From Massalongia carnosa (lineage: Eukaryota): a stretch of 64,000 nucleotides of DNA. The stretch spans positions 806,001 to 870,000 of the forward strand of contig OZ287072.1 of assembly GCA_965645245.1 (NCBI GenBank). The letters run 5' to 3'. Below, piece by piece: positions 35,398 to 48,427 of the stretch (within the stretch, counting starts at the first letter, position 1; the number at the start of each line of letters is the position of its first letter). The notes below the pieces were generated by a model that searched no databases, was not told the origin of the DNA, and saw nothing but the letters and a program-made list of their open reading frames with translations. The position numbers and the translations under genes are program-made.

Positions 35398-37151
35398 ATG
35401 CTACGCACACTCATACCCAGAGCGGCTTCAAGGTCAGCTACAAGACCTTGGAGCGCTACCTCTACGGATGCTTTCAACCCCCCAAGATTTCTTTTGCTCA
35501 GCCGATTAAGTCGAGGATATGCGACCGAAGCTGGTGAGTATTGCTTGCATCTACTGCTTTCACCATACTAATATCTTTCAGAGGAGCATGACCTTGTGAT
35601 CATCGGCGGAGGCGTTGCCGGCTATGTTGCAGCGATCAAAGCAGGGCAGGAGGGCTTGAAAGTGTGTTGATCTAAAGTCGTGTGGCATCGCAACCTACTC
35701 TCTGCTCATACGGTATAGGTAGCTTGCATAGAAAAACGAGGGGTGCTTGGCGGAACTTGTTTAAATGTCGGCTGTATACCGTCGAAATCTCTCCTTAACA
35801 ACTCGCACCTATACCATCAGATCCTTCACGATACCAAAAAGCGCGGCATAGAGGTTGGGGAGGTTAAGCTCAATCTAGCGCAGATGATGGCGGCCAAGAA
35901 CACGTCGGTGGAGGGGCTCACGAAGGGTGTGGAATTTCTGTTCAAGAAGAACAAAGTCGAATATATACCCGGCACTGCCTCGTTAATAGGCGAGCACGAA
36001 GTCAAAGTTAACAAGATTGACGGCGGCGAACAAACTCTACTCGCAAAGAACATTATCATCGCCACCGGGAGCGAAGCAACCCCATTTCCCGGCCTCACGA
36101 TAGACGAAAAAAGAGTGATCACAAGCACGGGGGCAATCGCGTTAGAAAAAGTGCCTAAGAAAATGGTAGTCATTGGTGGTGGTATAATCGGCCTGGAAAT
36201 GGTTTGCTCCCAATCCCACCACTTGAATCAAGCGGGACGCTGATGTATCGGAATAGGGCTCTGTGTGGTCAAGATTAGGGGCGGAAGTCACAGTTGTTGA
36301 GTTTCTGGGTCAAATAGGAGGGCCAGGAATGGATGCTGAAATCTCGAAAGTGACACAGCGGATTCTGCAAAAGCAAGGCATGAAATTCAAACTCAATACC
36401 AAAGTTTTGAGTGGGGATGAGAGCGGAGAGGATATAAAGCTTGAAGTTGAAGCTGCCAAAGGTGGTAAGAAGGAAACAGTACGACGGCAACAATCCTATT
36501 TAAAGCGAGGGCCAAATACTAACCCTCTCTCAGCTAGAAGCAGATGTCGTCTTAGTAGCCATCGGCCGCCGCCCATACACCGCGGGCCTCGGTTTCGAAA
36601 ACATTGGTCTTGATGTCGACAACAAAGGCCGCCTTGTTATCGATGAGCAATACCGCACCAAGATTCCTCACATCCGTGTCATCGGCGACTGCACCTTCGG
36701 GCCCATGCTGGCGCACAAAGCCGAGGAGGAAGGCGTCGCGGCCGTTGAGTACATCAAACGCGGCTACGGCCATGTCAACTACAATGCCATCCCCTCGGTC
36801 ATGTATACCCACCCGGAAGTTGCATGGGTGGGGCAGAATGAGGCCGAGCTCAAGGAGCAAGGGATCAAGTTTAAGGTCGGCTCGTTCCCCTTCACGGCCA
36901 ATTCACGCGCGAAGACCAACCTCGAGACGGAAGGCCTAGTCAAGTTCCTCGCAGACGCGGAGACGGATCGCATCCTGGGGATTCATATCGTGGGGCCGAA
37001 CGCGGGGGAGATGATCGCGGAGGGGGTATTAGCCATTGAGTACGGAGCCAGTTCCGAGGATATCGGGAGGACGAGCCATGCGCATCCAACGCTGTCAGAG
37101 GCGTTCAAGGAGGCGGCGATGGCGACGTATGGGAAGGCTATTCATTATTAA
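35398..37151 (+). CDS. LPD1: Mitochondrial dihydrolipoamide dehydrogenase (E3)
   Basis: It has an R/S-rich presequence, [18 protein letters not shown], the redox disulfide [21 protein letters not shown] and HAHPTLSE. Confidence 0.97.
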
Positions 37152-38012
37152 GCATAGGGATCAGGCGAAGAGGGGAGGGGGAGGATAGATGGACGAAAGC
37201 CGTGTGCATATTGTGTGAACTGTAAAATAAGCAAACCTTTCTCGTCTTTCTTTCTCGCCTTGGACGTTCGGGGAAAACGCAAGACGGGGGGGAGGGTTTA
37301 TATCTGGATATCCCCTGGACCCTTGGCTCCAGAGAAGAAAATAAAAAAGGCTTGAATGCATGCACGCTCCCTCGGTCTCACAACTTCCGGCCCTCTTTCT
37401 CTTCTTCTGGTTTCTCGTATGTGGTCGGAACTTGGGAAGATTGAGGGGTGGGAGGGAAAGAAAAGGGGGGGCGGGGATTCATTCGCGACTCCTTCACATC
37501 CCATCCCGTTTCTCCCTTTTTCTCCATTATCTCTTCTCACCTCTTATCCCCCCCTTCACCTTATATCTCTTGCCTCTTGTCAATTTCCCAACCTTCCCTA
37601 ATCCAATCCGCTCCACTCGAGTCCCATCCAATCCTACCCCATTCCGTCCATCCACTAGAGGGATTGAGGGATGAGGGAGGAAGATGGAGACGGGAAAAAA
37701 AAAGAAAGAAAAATTTAGAAGGGGGGGAGGGTGTAGGTGTTCGCGTATTTACTAGGTATATTGTGCAGGGAGCAGGCAGGAATTGATAATTGAATACCTA
37801 TATACGTACGTACATATTTACCTATTTAGCTAGCTAGCTGGGTACGAAGCAGGTAGATACATATGTAGAGTACATTAGGGTGGCGGTTGTGGTGACGAGA
37901 GGTAATGTCCATTTTTTATCTACTACCTACCCATCTACCTGCTCATCACACTGGGTATCTATCGTTTATCTGGCATTTCGTGTGTGCCAACCAGGAACTA
38001 CTGCCTAACCCC

Positions 38013-38032
38013 GGGGGGGGGGGGGGGGGGGG
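38013..38032. repeat. Poly-G homopolymer (20 nt) in a low-complexity intergenic tract
   Basis: Seen directly. Confidence 0.9.
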
Positions 38033-38036
38033 CTGG

Positions 38037-38779
38037 CTAGAAGTAGGATGGGAGCGTGGGAAACATTTTCTCTGCTTCCGATTGAACTTTACTGTAAAAG
38101 TAGGTAGTGGAGTGGGATGGATGGATGGATGTAAAGGCGCTTTTGGGGGCGGGGGTTACATATACAGGATGAGCTCGATTTGGAAGTCTAAACACACACG
38201 CCTCTGAGTGTATCTGTAATATGTTCATGCACCCGCATACAGCCAACCTTGGCCGCAAATCCACTAAACCTCCGTAGCACTTAGAAATACCCCCCTTTCT
38301 AGCCTTGGATAGTCGTAGGCTCTCCTTCCTCCCGCACCCGTACGGTTGCCGCCTCTGCACTAGCTCAAAGTTGCAAAAGTTACCGGGGGCGTAGTTACGG
38401 GGGCATGCCGCGAGTGGGGTCGTCGATGGATGCTGCGGCAGGTGTTAGTTGAATCAGGGAAAGGCAAGGGTTGTGAGAAGAGGGCCGAGTTAGGTATTTC
38501 GCGTGGGGCTGTACAATACATGGGATGTAGAGCTGCAGAGAATAGGGTTGCATGTCATGTCTTGGTGCAGGGAGGGATGGCGAAAGAGAGCGCATGGCTT
38601 GGGGAGTGGCTGGGCCGGTCGTAGCAAGTGTCGTTGTGGTAGCTGCGATCTGGGTAGGTGGAGTGGAAGGGGTAGTCCCGGTATTGGGGGTGCCAGATAC
38701 GCATGCCTTCGTTTAGATCCAAAGAGAAGTTCTCAGTGAGTGTTGCCAGAACAAAGAGTGGACTTGTAAAATATTTCAT
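38037..38779 (-). pseudogene. Probable decayed small secreted protein gene (possibly But2_C-like)
   Basis: A TATATA box lies ~45 nt upstream of a signal-like start MKYFTSPLFVLATLT. The frame reads STYPDRSY...LSFAIPPCTKT*HATLF with an in-frame TGA. A downstream ACTAAC...CAG acceptor leads into a Cys-containing frame (CPRNYAPGNFCNF...YGCGRKESLRLS). The family assignment is motif recall only. Confidence 0.3.
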
Positions 38780-39275
38780 AAGCGATCACAGACTGGATTA
38801 ATGGTTGTCTGGAACAAGGCGGGCTATATATAAAAAGGCCGATCTTAGAGGTTTTGTTCATAGGTTGCATTGACGTAAAGTGATTGCTCATGAGCTGAAG
38901 CAAACCATTGTTGCGAACGAATCCCGTTTTTTTGTTTTCCATCTATGGCCACCGAACAATGGCCTTCCTATCCAAACAGCACAATCCAATTATGTTCGAA
39001 TCGTAGCACTACGAATGCTGTTTCTCGACGGTACTCTTATGCAGGGTACCGAGGTCATTCGTCATCGAGATTGCTTTGTTGAGATGCCAACAAGATGAAA
39101 AATTCCAGAGGCGGGAAAACACCCAAGTGTAATCATAGCCGCAAAGCCGTAAAGCAATCGAAAGAATTTAACAGATAAGCTGCTCAGGGTATGAAAAAAA
39201 TGTGGTTGGATGGAAGGTATAGAAGCATTCTAAAGGCTAGACATGGACAGAGTACAGTTTCGTGAAGGTTAGTGG

Positions 39276-41209
39276 TTATTGATTGTCAACAAGATGACTG
39301 TACTTTTCTTCCATAACAAGGGATGAGTGATGAAACCAGTCTTGACATACAGCTCTTAGCACCTGCAAAGCGCCAGCTTTTGCTGTCTCGAACTCTGTAC
39401 TATGACATTCTAAATATACTAGGATGCGGTCGTCAGTATCTATATGACCAATATTGAGAATGAAGGGGGATCCCAACTTTTGATCTTGGGCTCAGTGCCT
39501 GAAGCCCGAATAGTGAAGCGAACTCCTTGATCCTGTGCTGCTGCACCACCCAGCCAGCACGTAACCATTTGACTGTCTGGAGAAAACGGCAGTATAGGCA
39601 CATGATTATCCGTTGCAGAATCAAACCCCATAGTGAGATCACGCCATCGGACGGTTTTCCGGCTTCCCACAGAAGATGGAAAGGGCTTGCCAAGGTTGCG
39701 CACCTTCGCAAAGACTTCTTGTATGGTGGCAACGTCAGGGGATCTCCAATAGGTATTGACAGTCTCAAAATAGCCATATTTTTGGTATAAGCTCTGCAAC
39801 ATGGCCCACGGAGAGCCCCATTTTGCGCAGGCACCAAGGAAAACTATTGTGGCTGTAATACCATCTTTGTCTAGCAGAATATCTGGAATCATATACCCCA
39901 AGGCTTCTTCATATCCAAATAGCACGTTGCTTCCCTGCTTTTGTAAATGCAGCGCGCAATTTCCAAGCCATTTAAAACCAGTCAGAGTCTCGATGAGTTT
40001 GAAACCCTCTACGGATGCAATGGATGAAAGCATCTGGGATGAAACAGCCGAATTGAGCATGATGACATCGGCACTAGCATTCATTGCGTTTTCAACAAAT
40101 AAATAGTAAGCCAGTAGAACTCCGATTTGATCACCTGTAAATTGATGCCAACTGCCTCCTATTTTCTCTGCTGCAGCAAAACGATCTGCGTCTGGATCAT
40201 TAGCTACAATCAAGTGGATGTCTTCTTCATCTGCTGTGGATATAGCGAGATCCAGTGCCCCCTTCTCCTCGGGATTGGGGTACTTCACTGTCGGAAATTC
40301 AGGGTTTGGCTGGGCCTGTTTCTCAACAATGGTCATTGATTTCGCAAGTCCCATTATTTCCAAGGCTATGGTTAGATATTCAAGTCCTACACCATGCAGG
40401 GGCGTATAGACAAACTTAGGAATATTTTTTACTGTTCCCAGTAGTTTTCCGGTTTTTCGATTGACTGTTTCCATGTATTTCGTTTTGACGTAGGACAAAA
40501 TTGCGGTTTTTAGCGGTAAATCATGAACTTCCTTCCACGTGGTTGGCTCCAGGTTATTTAAAATAGCTGTTGCGATATGCACATCCGCTGGAGAGTTAAT
40601 ATGGCATCCATTGGAGCCATACACTTTGTAACCGTTATCCTGAGCCGGGTTATGACTGGCCGTGATCATGACACCAGCGGTAGCTTGGAGAAGCTTGACA
40701 CCAAAAGGAACCATTGGAGTATGAACTAGGTCCTCGTACCACCATACTTTTATCCCTTTCGCAACGAAGACCGTAGCAGCAAGCTCTGCAAACATTTTTG
40801 AATTATGACGCGCATCATAACCAATCACAATACCTGCAGCAGCTGATCCGGGTTCGTTATTCAAAATGTAATCAGCAAAGCCTTGAGAGGTTTGGACAAT
40901 CGTAAGGCAGTTCAAACGTGAGAACCCAGCGCCCATCGGAGCCCTGAGACCAGCCGTACCGAAAGCGAGCCCTGTACCACGTCTCAATGGGGCTCTCAAT
41001 GGACGTTGCTATAATTTCTTCATGCTCACTTGTGCCGAGCCGATTCTCCAGCTCTTTCATATTACTCTCTGCGGCAAGTTTTTCAATCTCCAGCCTCGTT
41101 ACAGGATCCTAAAGAATTAACATTACACGACTAGATTTGCCCAGTCATTGTCTTCCCTGACCTTGTCGAGTCGCAGCCATTCCTGCACCCGTTCTTCTAG
41201 GATCTTCAT
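39276..41209 (-). CDS. Phosphoglucomutase/phosphopentomutase, PGM2 (yeast Prm15/Pgm3)-type alpha-D-phosphohexomutase
   Basis: It has FGTAGLRAPMG, the phospho-Ser loop MITASHNP, the metal loop NDPDADR, TGFKW, GYEEALG and RASGTEPKIK|IYLEC. The first exon is MKILEERVQEWLRLDK. Confidence 0.92.
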
Positions 41210-41682
41210 GGTTTTGAATCTAGAACGAAATGTCTTTATGATGAAAGAAGCAGTTTCTTGTACATAGGTTTTGTAGGATATATCAGATGGTGAACAAAGG
41301 TCTTTGAAATTCACATTAAGTTTGCCAAAGATACTTTAATTCTTTTGACAAGTCATTCATCAAGCGGACTTATCCTGGTATATAAAAGCTTTCCCTGAAA
41401 TTAGGAGAATGCGTACACACGTAACGGTAATTAAATACTAGCGTAGCGGGAAATTATTTGTCCAGGGTTTGAAAATGATTGGGCAATTCAATGCCCAGTC
41501 CATCCGAGAACATTTTCCTTCATACCTATCATTTCATCCTATCTTGTCCTCCTCCGAACTAGTGTATATACATTGAATTTCAATTTCTCGTGAAGCGTTC
41601 TCAATGGCTTCGCTGCCAACATTCATTGGCCAATGAGGAGTTACTGGTCCCAATGGCTTTAGCAAGGAGCCTAATAGAGCCA

Positions 41683-43413
41683 ATGTCTCGGAAAGACACT
41701 ATTTGGACAAGATGTGAAATCGAAGGTATGATTGCAGAGGGAAAGACCATAGTCATCGTCGATGGAAATGTTCTGAGGGTTGACGCATGGCTGAGATTTC
41801 ACCCTGGCGGTGAAAAGGCCATTATGCATATGGTGGGTCGCGATGCAACTGATGAAGTCAACGCGTACGTAAATGTTTCTTATTTTTGGTAATACACTTC
41901 TAACAACGGATCGTCCTTTAGGCTTCATTCAACGGAAGCTTGCCAACGGATGCTAAATTTTCAGATTGGGAAGATCGACGGCCGGTGGATAAACTTTTTA
42001 CCCCCAATTCAGGGTGGTACATTCAGGACATGCATCGAGGACCCAAGCATAGGGGAGGCCGACTATGAGGAGACTGCGTCAAGTCAGGTTAGCAGTTCTT
42101 CGGAGTCGCCTGTATTTGATCCGGTGGGTGGAGTTAAGCACCGAAAAAATCATAACACGTTAGGCCTTCATGAGGTCTCATCAATTTCTTCGATGTCGTC
42201 GATCGAAGAGATGGACAAGAGCATACATAAAAGCAAGCTGTCTCATTTTGACGTCCTCACCAAGCAAGGGATTGACTCGGATCTTTCCAAGTACCCAGCT
42301 TTAGATCCTGGAACACAAGATAACATCGTGCACCGATATCGCCTTCTCAACGAGCGAATCCGCGCCGAAGGGCTATATCAGTGCAGCTACAAATCCTATC
42401 TCATTGAAATTTGCCGCTATGCATTTGTTTCTGGGATGTGTATCTTATGTCTTCATTACGGTTGGTACGGGACAAGTGCACTGTTTCTAGGTGTATTCTG
42501 GCACCAGCTTGTTTTTACCGCTCATGATGCTGGACACATGGGCATAACTCATGACTTCACAATCGACACAGTGATCGGAATGATTGTAGGAGATTTTCTA
42601 GGAGGACTCAGCCTCGGATGGTGGAAACGAAGCCATAACGTTCATCACATTGTTACAAATTCACCTGAGCATGACCCCGATATTGAACATATGCCTTTTT
42701 TTGCAGTATCGCATCGTTTTTTTGCGACTTTAAGAAGTACATATTACGACCGTCTCATGCCATATGATCCTTTTGCCAAATTTGTCATTCAATACCAGCA
42801 TTATCTTTACTACCCACTCCTTACACTCGGCCGCTTCAATCTCTACCGCCTGAGCTGGGAATACCTGATCTTGGGGCTTGGGCCGAAAAAAGGGCTAGCC
42901 TGGTGGCATCGCTGGTTCGAAATCGTCGGGCAGTGCTTCTTCTGGACATGGTACGGCTATGGCATGGTCTACAAAACTATCCCGAACGTTGGCGCTCGAA
43001 TCCTCTTCGTCCTAGTCAGCCATATGGTCACAGCCCCCATACATGTGCAGATCACGCTGAGCCATTTCGCTATGAGCACTGCCGACCTTGGGGTTCATGA
43101 GTCTTTTCCACAGAGGATGTTGCGCACCACTATGGACGTTGATTGTCCCGAGTGGCTTGACTTTTTCCACGGCGGCCTGCAGTTCCAGGCCATCCATCAC
43201 CTGTTCCCACGCATTCCGCGCCACAATCTGCGGCGAACACAGAAGCTTGTTCAGGAGTTTTGTAAGGAGGTGGATATCCCTTACGCGCTGTACGGCTTCG
43301 TGGATGGTAATCGAGAAGTCATTGGGCATCTGCGAGAAGTCGGGCGGCAGGCGGCTCTACTGGCTCATTGCCAGCGAACGATGATGGAAAATGGAGATTT
43401 TGGGTATCATTAG
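41683..43413 (+). CDS. SLD1: Cytochrome b5-fused sphingolipid delta-8 desaturase
   Basis: It has the HPGG b5 motif and His boxes HDAGH, HNVHH and QAIHHLFP, with one intron (~41865-41921). The start may instead be the in-frame ATG at 41653. Confidence 0.9.
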
Positions 43414-43866
43414 GCTTTTACTGTTAATGAATAGAATTATAGAATTATAGTGTTATTTATATTACCTGCTGGAAAACAGACGAACTCATCCTAACTCATG
43501 GATATAAGTAGACTGATGTTTATCAAAAGCTCATTTTCTATCGGTTGATTATTCTACCTTACTTAGTCATCCAAAACCTCAGTTCATTAACTAACATTTG
43601 AAACAACTTAATAAAATACAGTATCTTTAAATTTCAGAACAGCTGTCAGGTATTTCCGCTAATAAACTCGACGGCCAAGGTAACTCCAGTTTTGTATTGA
43701 GATAGAATGCCCACCTTGATTGTATCAGAACGAAGGATGAAGGAACAACAGGGCTCATTCTAGGATCTTCTCTGCGGAACGAGCGAGAGAAACGACTCCA
43801 TGGCTTTCTTTGTCGTGGTGAATTCCATTTGCTTTGCTTCCGCCTTGAGACGATATGTTGCTGCTC

Positions 43867-45306
43867 CTAGGACTGAGGCAACAACAGAGACACCACTGAA
43901 TGTATCGCTAGTGGATTCTGCCCTCCTTCTAATATATAAGATTCCATACTCTGCCACACACTAGGCCCCCAACTCTGGCTACGATGGTCATCATCTAGGA
44001 CGCTGCTGACATGTACAGTCTCCAAAGCAAGGATGACATGGATATCCTCAATAAGATTCATCCATTCGCCATGGTTTAAAATGACTTGATTAAAAGAGAG
44101 GCTTAGAAGTGTGTTCTGCTGTCGAGCGCACAAGGCTTTGAATTCAGGATACCCGATAGACATGAAAATGATGGAAAGTGACCTCAAATTTCTCCAAGGC
44201 GAAGATGGCAGCAAGTGTTCCAAAGGGGTTGGATAATGAATCAGGGCGCTGAGCCCTCCCGCCATGGTGAGCGACTCCAACCCTTCGGCATGTAAGAGCA
44301 GGGTACCAAGCTTATTGTTTTCGAGGCTTTCAATCGATCGGCTATGCTCGTCTGAATCTTGCAAATGGAAGCCAATTTGTATGACCATCCTAGTCGTATG
44401 CTTGAACAAAGGTGCTGTATTAGGTGGAAGAGGCGTATTATGGCCGGCAGGGAAAAGCTGGGTTAATCCTTTCAGTTCGTGGCAGATGAAGTTCTCTAGC
44501 TTCAACCCGGCCTGTTCCCAGGCTCGGATTACGTTTTCCATCCCGAATGATGCTGCATGATCATCATCGAACACGTTGACTGGATCAAGAACAAAGGCTG
44601 GATGGTCTTGCCCATGTTCGATTAGCCGGCATGGTCGATTGCCAGTACTGCTTGAGCCAACGATCCTTAATGAATCGATCCTGGGCATACAATCCAGAGC
44701 ACGTTTGACTGCTCGGACATGGGCCTCGGAGGCAGAAATCTCTTTCTGTTCTAAAAATAACTTACAATAGCGCTTGTATCCACGATAAAGGAAATGCGGA
44801 CGGCGTCGAGAGGGAAAAAGCGGTATCAAACGTGTTGATCCTTTCGAGAAAGCTTTGCACACCTTTACCCAATAATGTAAATCGTATAGCATCTGAGGAT
44901 TGCACGTGGGTTTATGCTTGCAGGTTTTTTTCAAGATGAAAAAGGTCCGAATTTTCCGATGCAAATCGCATGCCCGTTCATGCTGCAGCATTTGCTCATC
45001 TCTCAACTGGCCTAACAATCTTTTTCCATATACTCTCTTGTCTAGCACAGCACGTTCGTCGTACTGTGCTAGATCGAATGTGATCTGGCGTACGCCCTTT
45101 CTGAGTACCGGATGCTGACAGATATCACCTAGTTTATCCAACGATCTATGCCGAAGAGAGATCGTTACATTCTGAAGGAAGCTTTCTGAAGCGACCTGAT
45201 AAAAGAGCTTCGAGACTAGTCGCACAGCTACAAGGTCTTCTGAATTCAGATAGGCGAATGTTTTGTGGAGTATCTCGATAGGGAGCATTAACGTAATGCT
45301 CGCCAT
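43867..45306 (-). CDS. F-box protein with degenerate LRR-like C-terminus, intronless
   Basis: The 479-aa ORF has an N-terminal F-box (LPIEILHKTFAYLNSEDLVAVRLVSKLF) and LxxLxL segments (LESLTM, LRSLSI, LLSLSF). Confidence 0.75.
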   Translation of the reverse strand: MASITLMLPIEILHKTFAYLNSEDLVAVRLVSKLFYQVASESFLQNVTISLRHRSLDKLGDICQHPVLRKGVRQITFDLAQYDERAVLDKRVYGKRLLGQLRDEQMLQHERACDLHRKIRTFFILKKTCKHKPTCNPQMLYDLHYWVKVCKAFSKGSTRLIPLFPSRRRPHFLYRGYKRYCKLFLEQKEISASEAHVRAVKRALDCMPRIDSLRIVGSSSTGNRPCRLIEHGQDHPAFVLDPVNVFDDDHAASFGMENVIRAWEQAGLKLENFICHELKGLTQLFPAGHNTPLPPNTAPLFKHTTRMVIQIGFHLQDSDEHSRSIESLENNKLGTLLLHAEGLESLTMAGGLSALIHYPTPLEHLLPSSPWRNLRSLSIIFMSIGYPEFKALCARQQNTLLSLSFNQVILNHGEWMNLIEDIHVILALETVHVSSVLDDDHRSQSWGPSVWQSMESYILEGGQNPLAIHSVVSLLLPQS

Positions 45307-45867
45307 ATGGGTGGGAAATAATAGTAATTGGAGGGATTTGGATATTCTTTAAATGTCGGGGGGCAGAGGACTCGCGCAGGGGACTGGTCCCTTTTGAGCC
45401 AGAAGGATGCTTCAAAGAGGGTTCAGGGATATTATGAAGATGGTGATGGATAAATTTGCCAAGAAGATTATTTAGTAAATCTTGAATCTTACTGTAAAAA
45501 AATATGTGTTATATAGTATTTATATTTTGAAAGTTTATGTGATTTGTCAAATTATTTTACCCGTTGAGAAACCTTTAACGGCATCTCGTGACTTTCAATA
45601 GCCGCGCGGCTTGTTAGGCGCCTATGGTTCGTCCAGAAGGCTGCATGCTGAGTTCTGATGTTCTACACGTCATGATAATATTATCACTTTACTTTCCTTC
45701 CAAAATGGCAGCGTATGCAAGACTCCGTATCCAACCTTTGCGAAATCACCCTCCTGGAGCTTCTGATTGAGCTGGCCACGAGAAATTCTGTGCAAACCCC
45801 CTAACAAATAAGCCAACCGAGCTAGTTTATCAGACGGGGAGCTGTATAGATCCCTTGTTAATATCGA

Positions 45868-47440
45868 ATGTGTTCCGAATTAGCCAATGACGGCTGGGAT
45901 TTTTCGCCTGTTATTGATTTGATTAAGGCTTTATCGAGCGGATCCGAGAACCATCCCCAGACGGACATTTTGCTAGAGAGTTTTTGTGAGGATCCTCCCA
46001 CTCTAACAAATCGCCTTGACGAGGATTCTGGCCTCGGCAACTTCGACAAATTATGGAGATATCTTAAAGAGTCTACGCAATTCTGTCCTCCGGAGAGTCA
46101 ACAGTTGTCCGAAATAGAACTGTCAGCGGATCAAGGCTATGGGCTTGATGCAGTGGCGATTAGTAAAGCAGTGAAATGGCGGGATGAGATACAAGGCGCC
46201 GAGTTGACAGATAACAATGAGATTAACAGCGACACGAATATCCCAGCAATAAGTAAATCAAGAAGGAGGCATGAAAGACGGAGAAATGCTATAAGGAGAA
46301 AAAGGGAAGATGAGAATGCCCAAGCCGGCCGTTACTCTAAGGCAGTTTCAAGTGGCAGCGAAAACGAGTCTGAGCCTGAAGAGCCAAGTTTGAAACGTCT
46401 GCCGGATAGAAGAGCTATCATCCAGCAAATCCTTTATGGCACGTCTTCGAGGCTGGGTGTGCCAGACACTGCTCCAGCAAATCTTGAAAAAAGTACTCGG
46501 ATTTCGAAAGACCCGAAACCCCGACTAGTTACGAGTCCCCGTCCTTTGAGAGGATCGCTAGCAGCCGTATTCTCGCCTGAGTCAGATGCTTATGCAACAG
46601 CAGCCGAGAAGAAGGCCCAGTTGATGGCCAAACTTCATTCAAGATTCAAGGAGGAGAACTTGAACCAGATAGGAATTACACCTACCTTTATAGGCGTCGA
46701 TTCTAGCTCTGAGCAAGGAATTCACGTTTTTATTGATGCTTCTAACGTAAGATTGGAACTTCACTTTGTGCTTCACGTTGTGCTGCCTCCCCTGCTTTGC
46801 TAACGAGCTTTAGATCATGATTGGCTTCCACGATGCATTGAAGCTATCCCGTGGCATCACAACCCGAATCCGATTCCAGCATCTATCCTTTCACAACCTC
46901 TCTATCATATTAGAACGAGGTCGATTTACTGCGAAGCGAGTCCTTGTAGGTTCGGACAAATTTCCAACAATTCAAGAGGCCAAAACGCTTGGATATGAAA
47001 CTAACATACTCGAGCGAGTTCATAAAGCCAAGGAGCTAAGTCCTCGCAATAAGAGGTATAATAGTACCAGGAATAATAACAGCACCCCCGGACAATCAAG
47101 TGGCTCAGAAACGACCGCTACGATGTACGCTCCGGAAAAGTGGGTCGAGCAGGCCGTAGACGAAATTCTACACCTGAAGATCCTAGAAAGCGTCGTTGAC
47201 GCAAGAACCCCTGCCACGATAGTTCTGGCAACAGGAGATGCTGCGGAGGCGGAGTACTCACAGGGTTTCCTGAAGATGGTGGAGCGAGCGTTAGAAAAGG
47301 GATGGAAGGTAGAGCTTGTCAGTTTCAAGCACAATACCAGCCGCGCTTATCGGAGGAAAGACTTTCGCGCTCGCTGGGGCCAAAACTTCAAGATCGTGGA
47401 GTTGGATGAGTTTGTAGAGGAGCTATTGGGTACCTGGTGA
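45868..47440 (+). CDS. NYN/LabA-DUF88 (PIN-like) domain protein, putative ribonuclease
   Basis: The spliced product has IHVFIDASN|IMIGF, EQAVDEILHLKI, TIVLATGDAAEAEYSQGF and GWKVELVSF, which is the acidic catalytic pattern of PIN/NYN folds. One intron (~46747-46813). Confidence 0.75.
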
Positions 47441-48427
47441 TAAACAGAGTGCGCTTGCGAGTTTACTTTTAGCTGTTCGACGTCAAGACCGCCTTTCCTT
47501 TACGAATCGATGATGAGATGGATCGAACGGTGAGGTGGAAGGAAACCATCTGAGAAGCGCTAGAATTCCGTACATATCTGGTTGGAAGGGAAATTCCAGA
47601 TGGGCGAGCTTTGGCCACCTCTGTGCTTGGGGCTTCGTTTTCTTGGGGCTCTTCCCTATTTCTCTGCCAGAACTTCATAATCACTCGTTGTTCAATAGGG
47701 CACCCCTTTCCAGGTGTTGATGTCTTAGCTGTCTTAGCTGTGGCACCTAGCTCCTACGCCTGGCGTTGAACATTACAGATTCGCGACCAGATATCATCTT
47801 CTCCCATCGGACGGAGTAAGGTGGCTTCAATTAAGCTTTCCATATGTGCTGGCTCCTTCACCATCGAGCTTTCTAATACCTTTGGGGCCACAGGGCTTCA
47901 GGTCATGTGATAGAGACACAGAACGCGCTAAGCATTTTGTGTGGAGCTTCTTTCCTCAACTAACCAAGATGCTGATTTACTCTTTGCTACATCATACCAT
48001 ACTTACCTCGTGACTACAGCTTCAACGCCACTGTCGGGCTGTCGGACGCCAAGCTGCCTTTTTCGAGAGAGTGCAGATGAATACGGAAAACCAGAACCAA
48101 TGCCCGCGTCTAGCCGAAGCAGCGGCATCGCCGTGGAACGATGCCATAACCTCTTATAAAGGTGCTATTTGCTCTTCATCCGCTAGGCATTTCTTCGATT
48201 CATGTTAACGAGCTACTTCTCTTGCATATTCCTTGGTTGGTTGAGCTTTGAATAGTGAACATGTTGAGAAGCCCTGCATTACATCCTCTTCGAAACCCAA
48301 TCTATGCTTAGTTCTTTGAAGACAAGTCATCCACCCTCTAAAGATAACCTGTATATGTCACTGCTCTTGTAGATCCGTGGTGAATATAAATATTCAGGTT
48401 GATGCTTTTCTTCCTTGACCGAACATT

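Noticed and set aside
47469..47684. 71-aa ORF on - with a possible intron
   Set aside because: The spliced product would run antisense into the NYN gene, and it has no recognisable domain.
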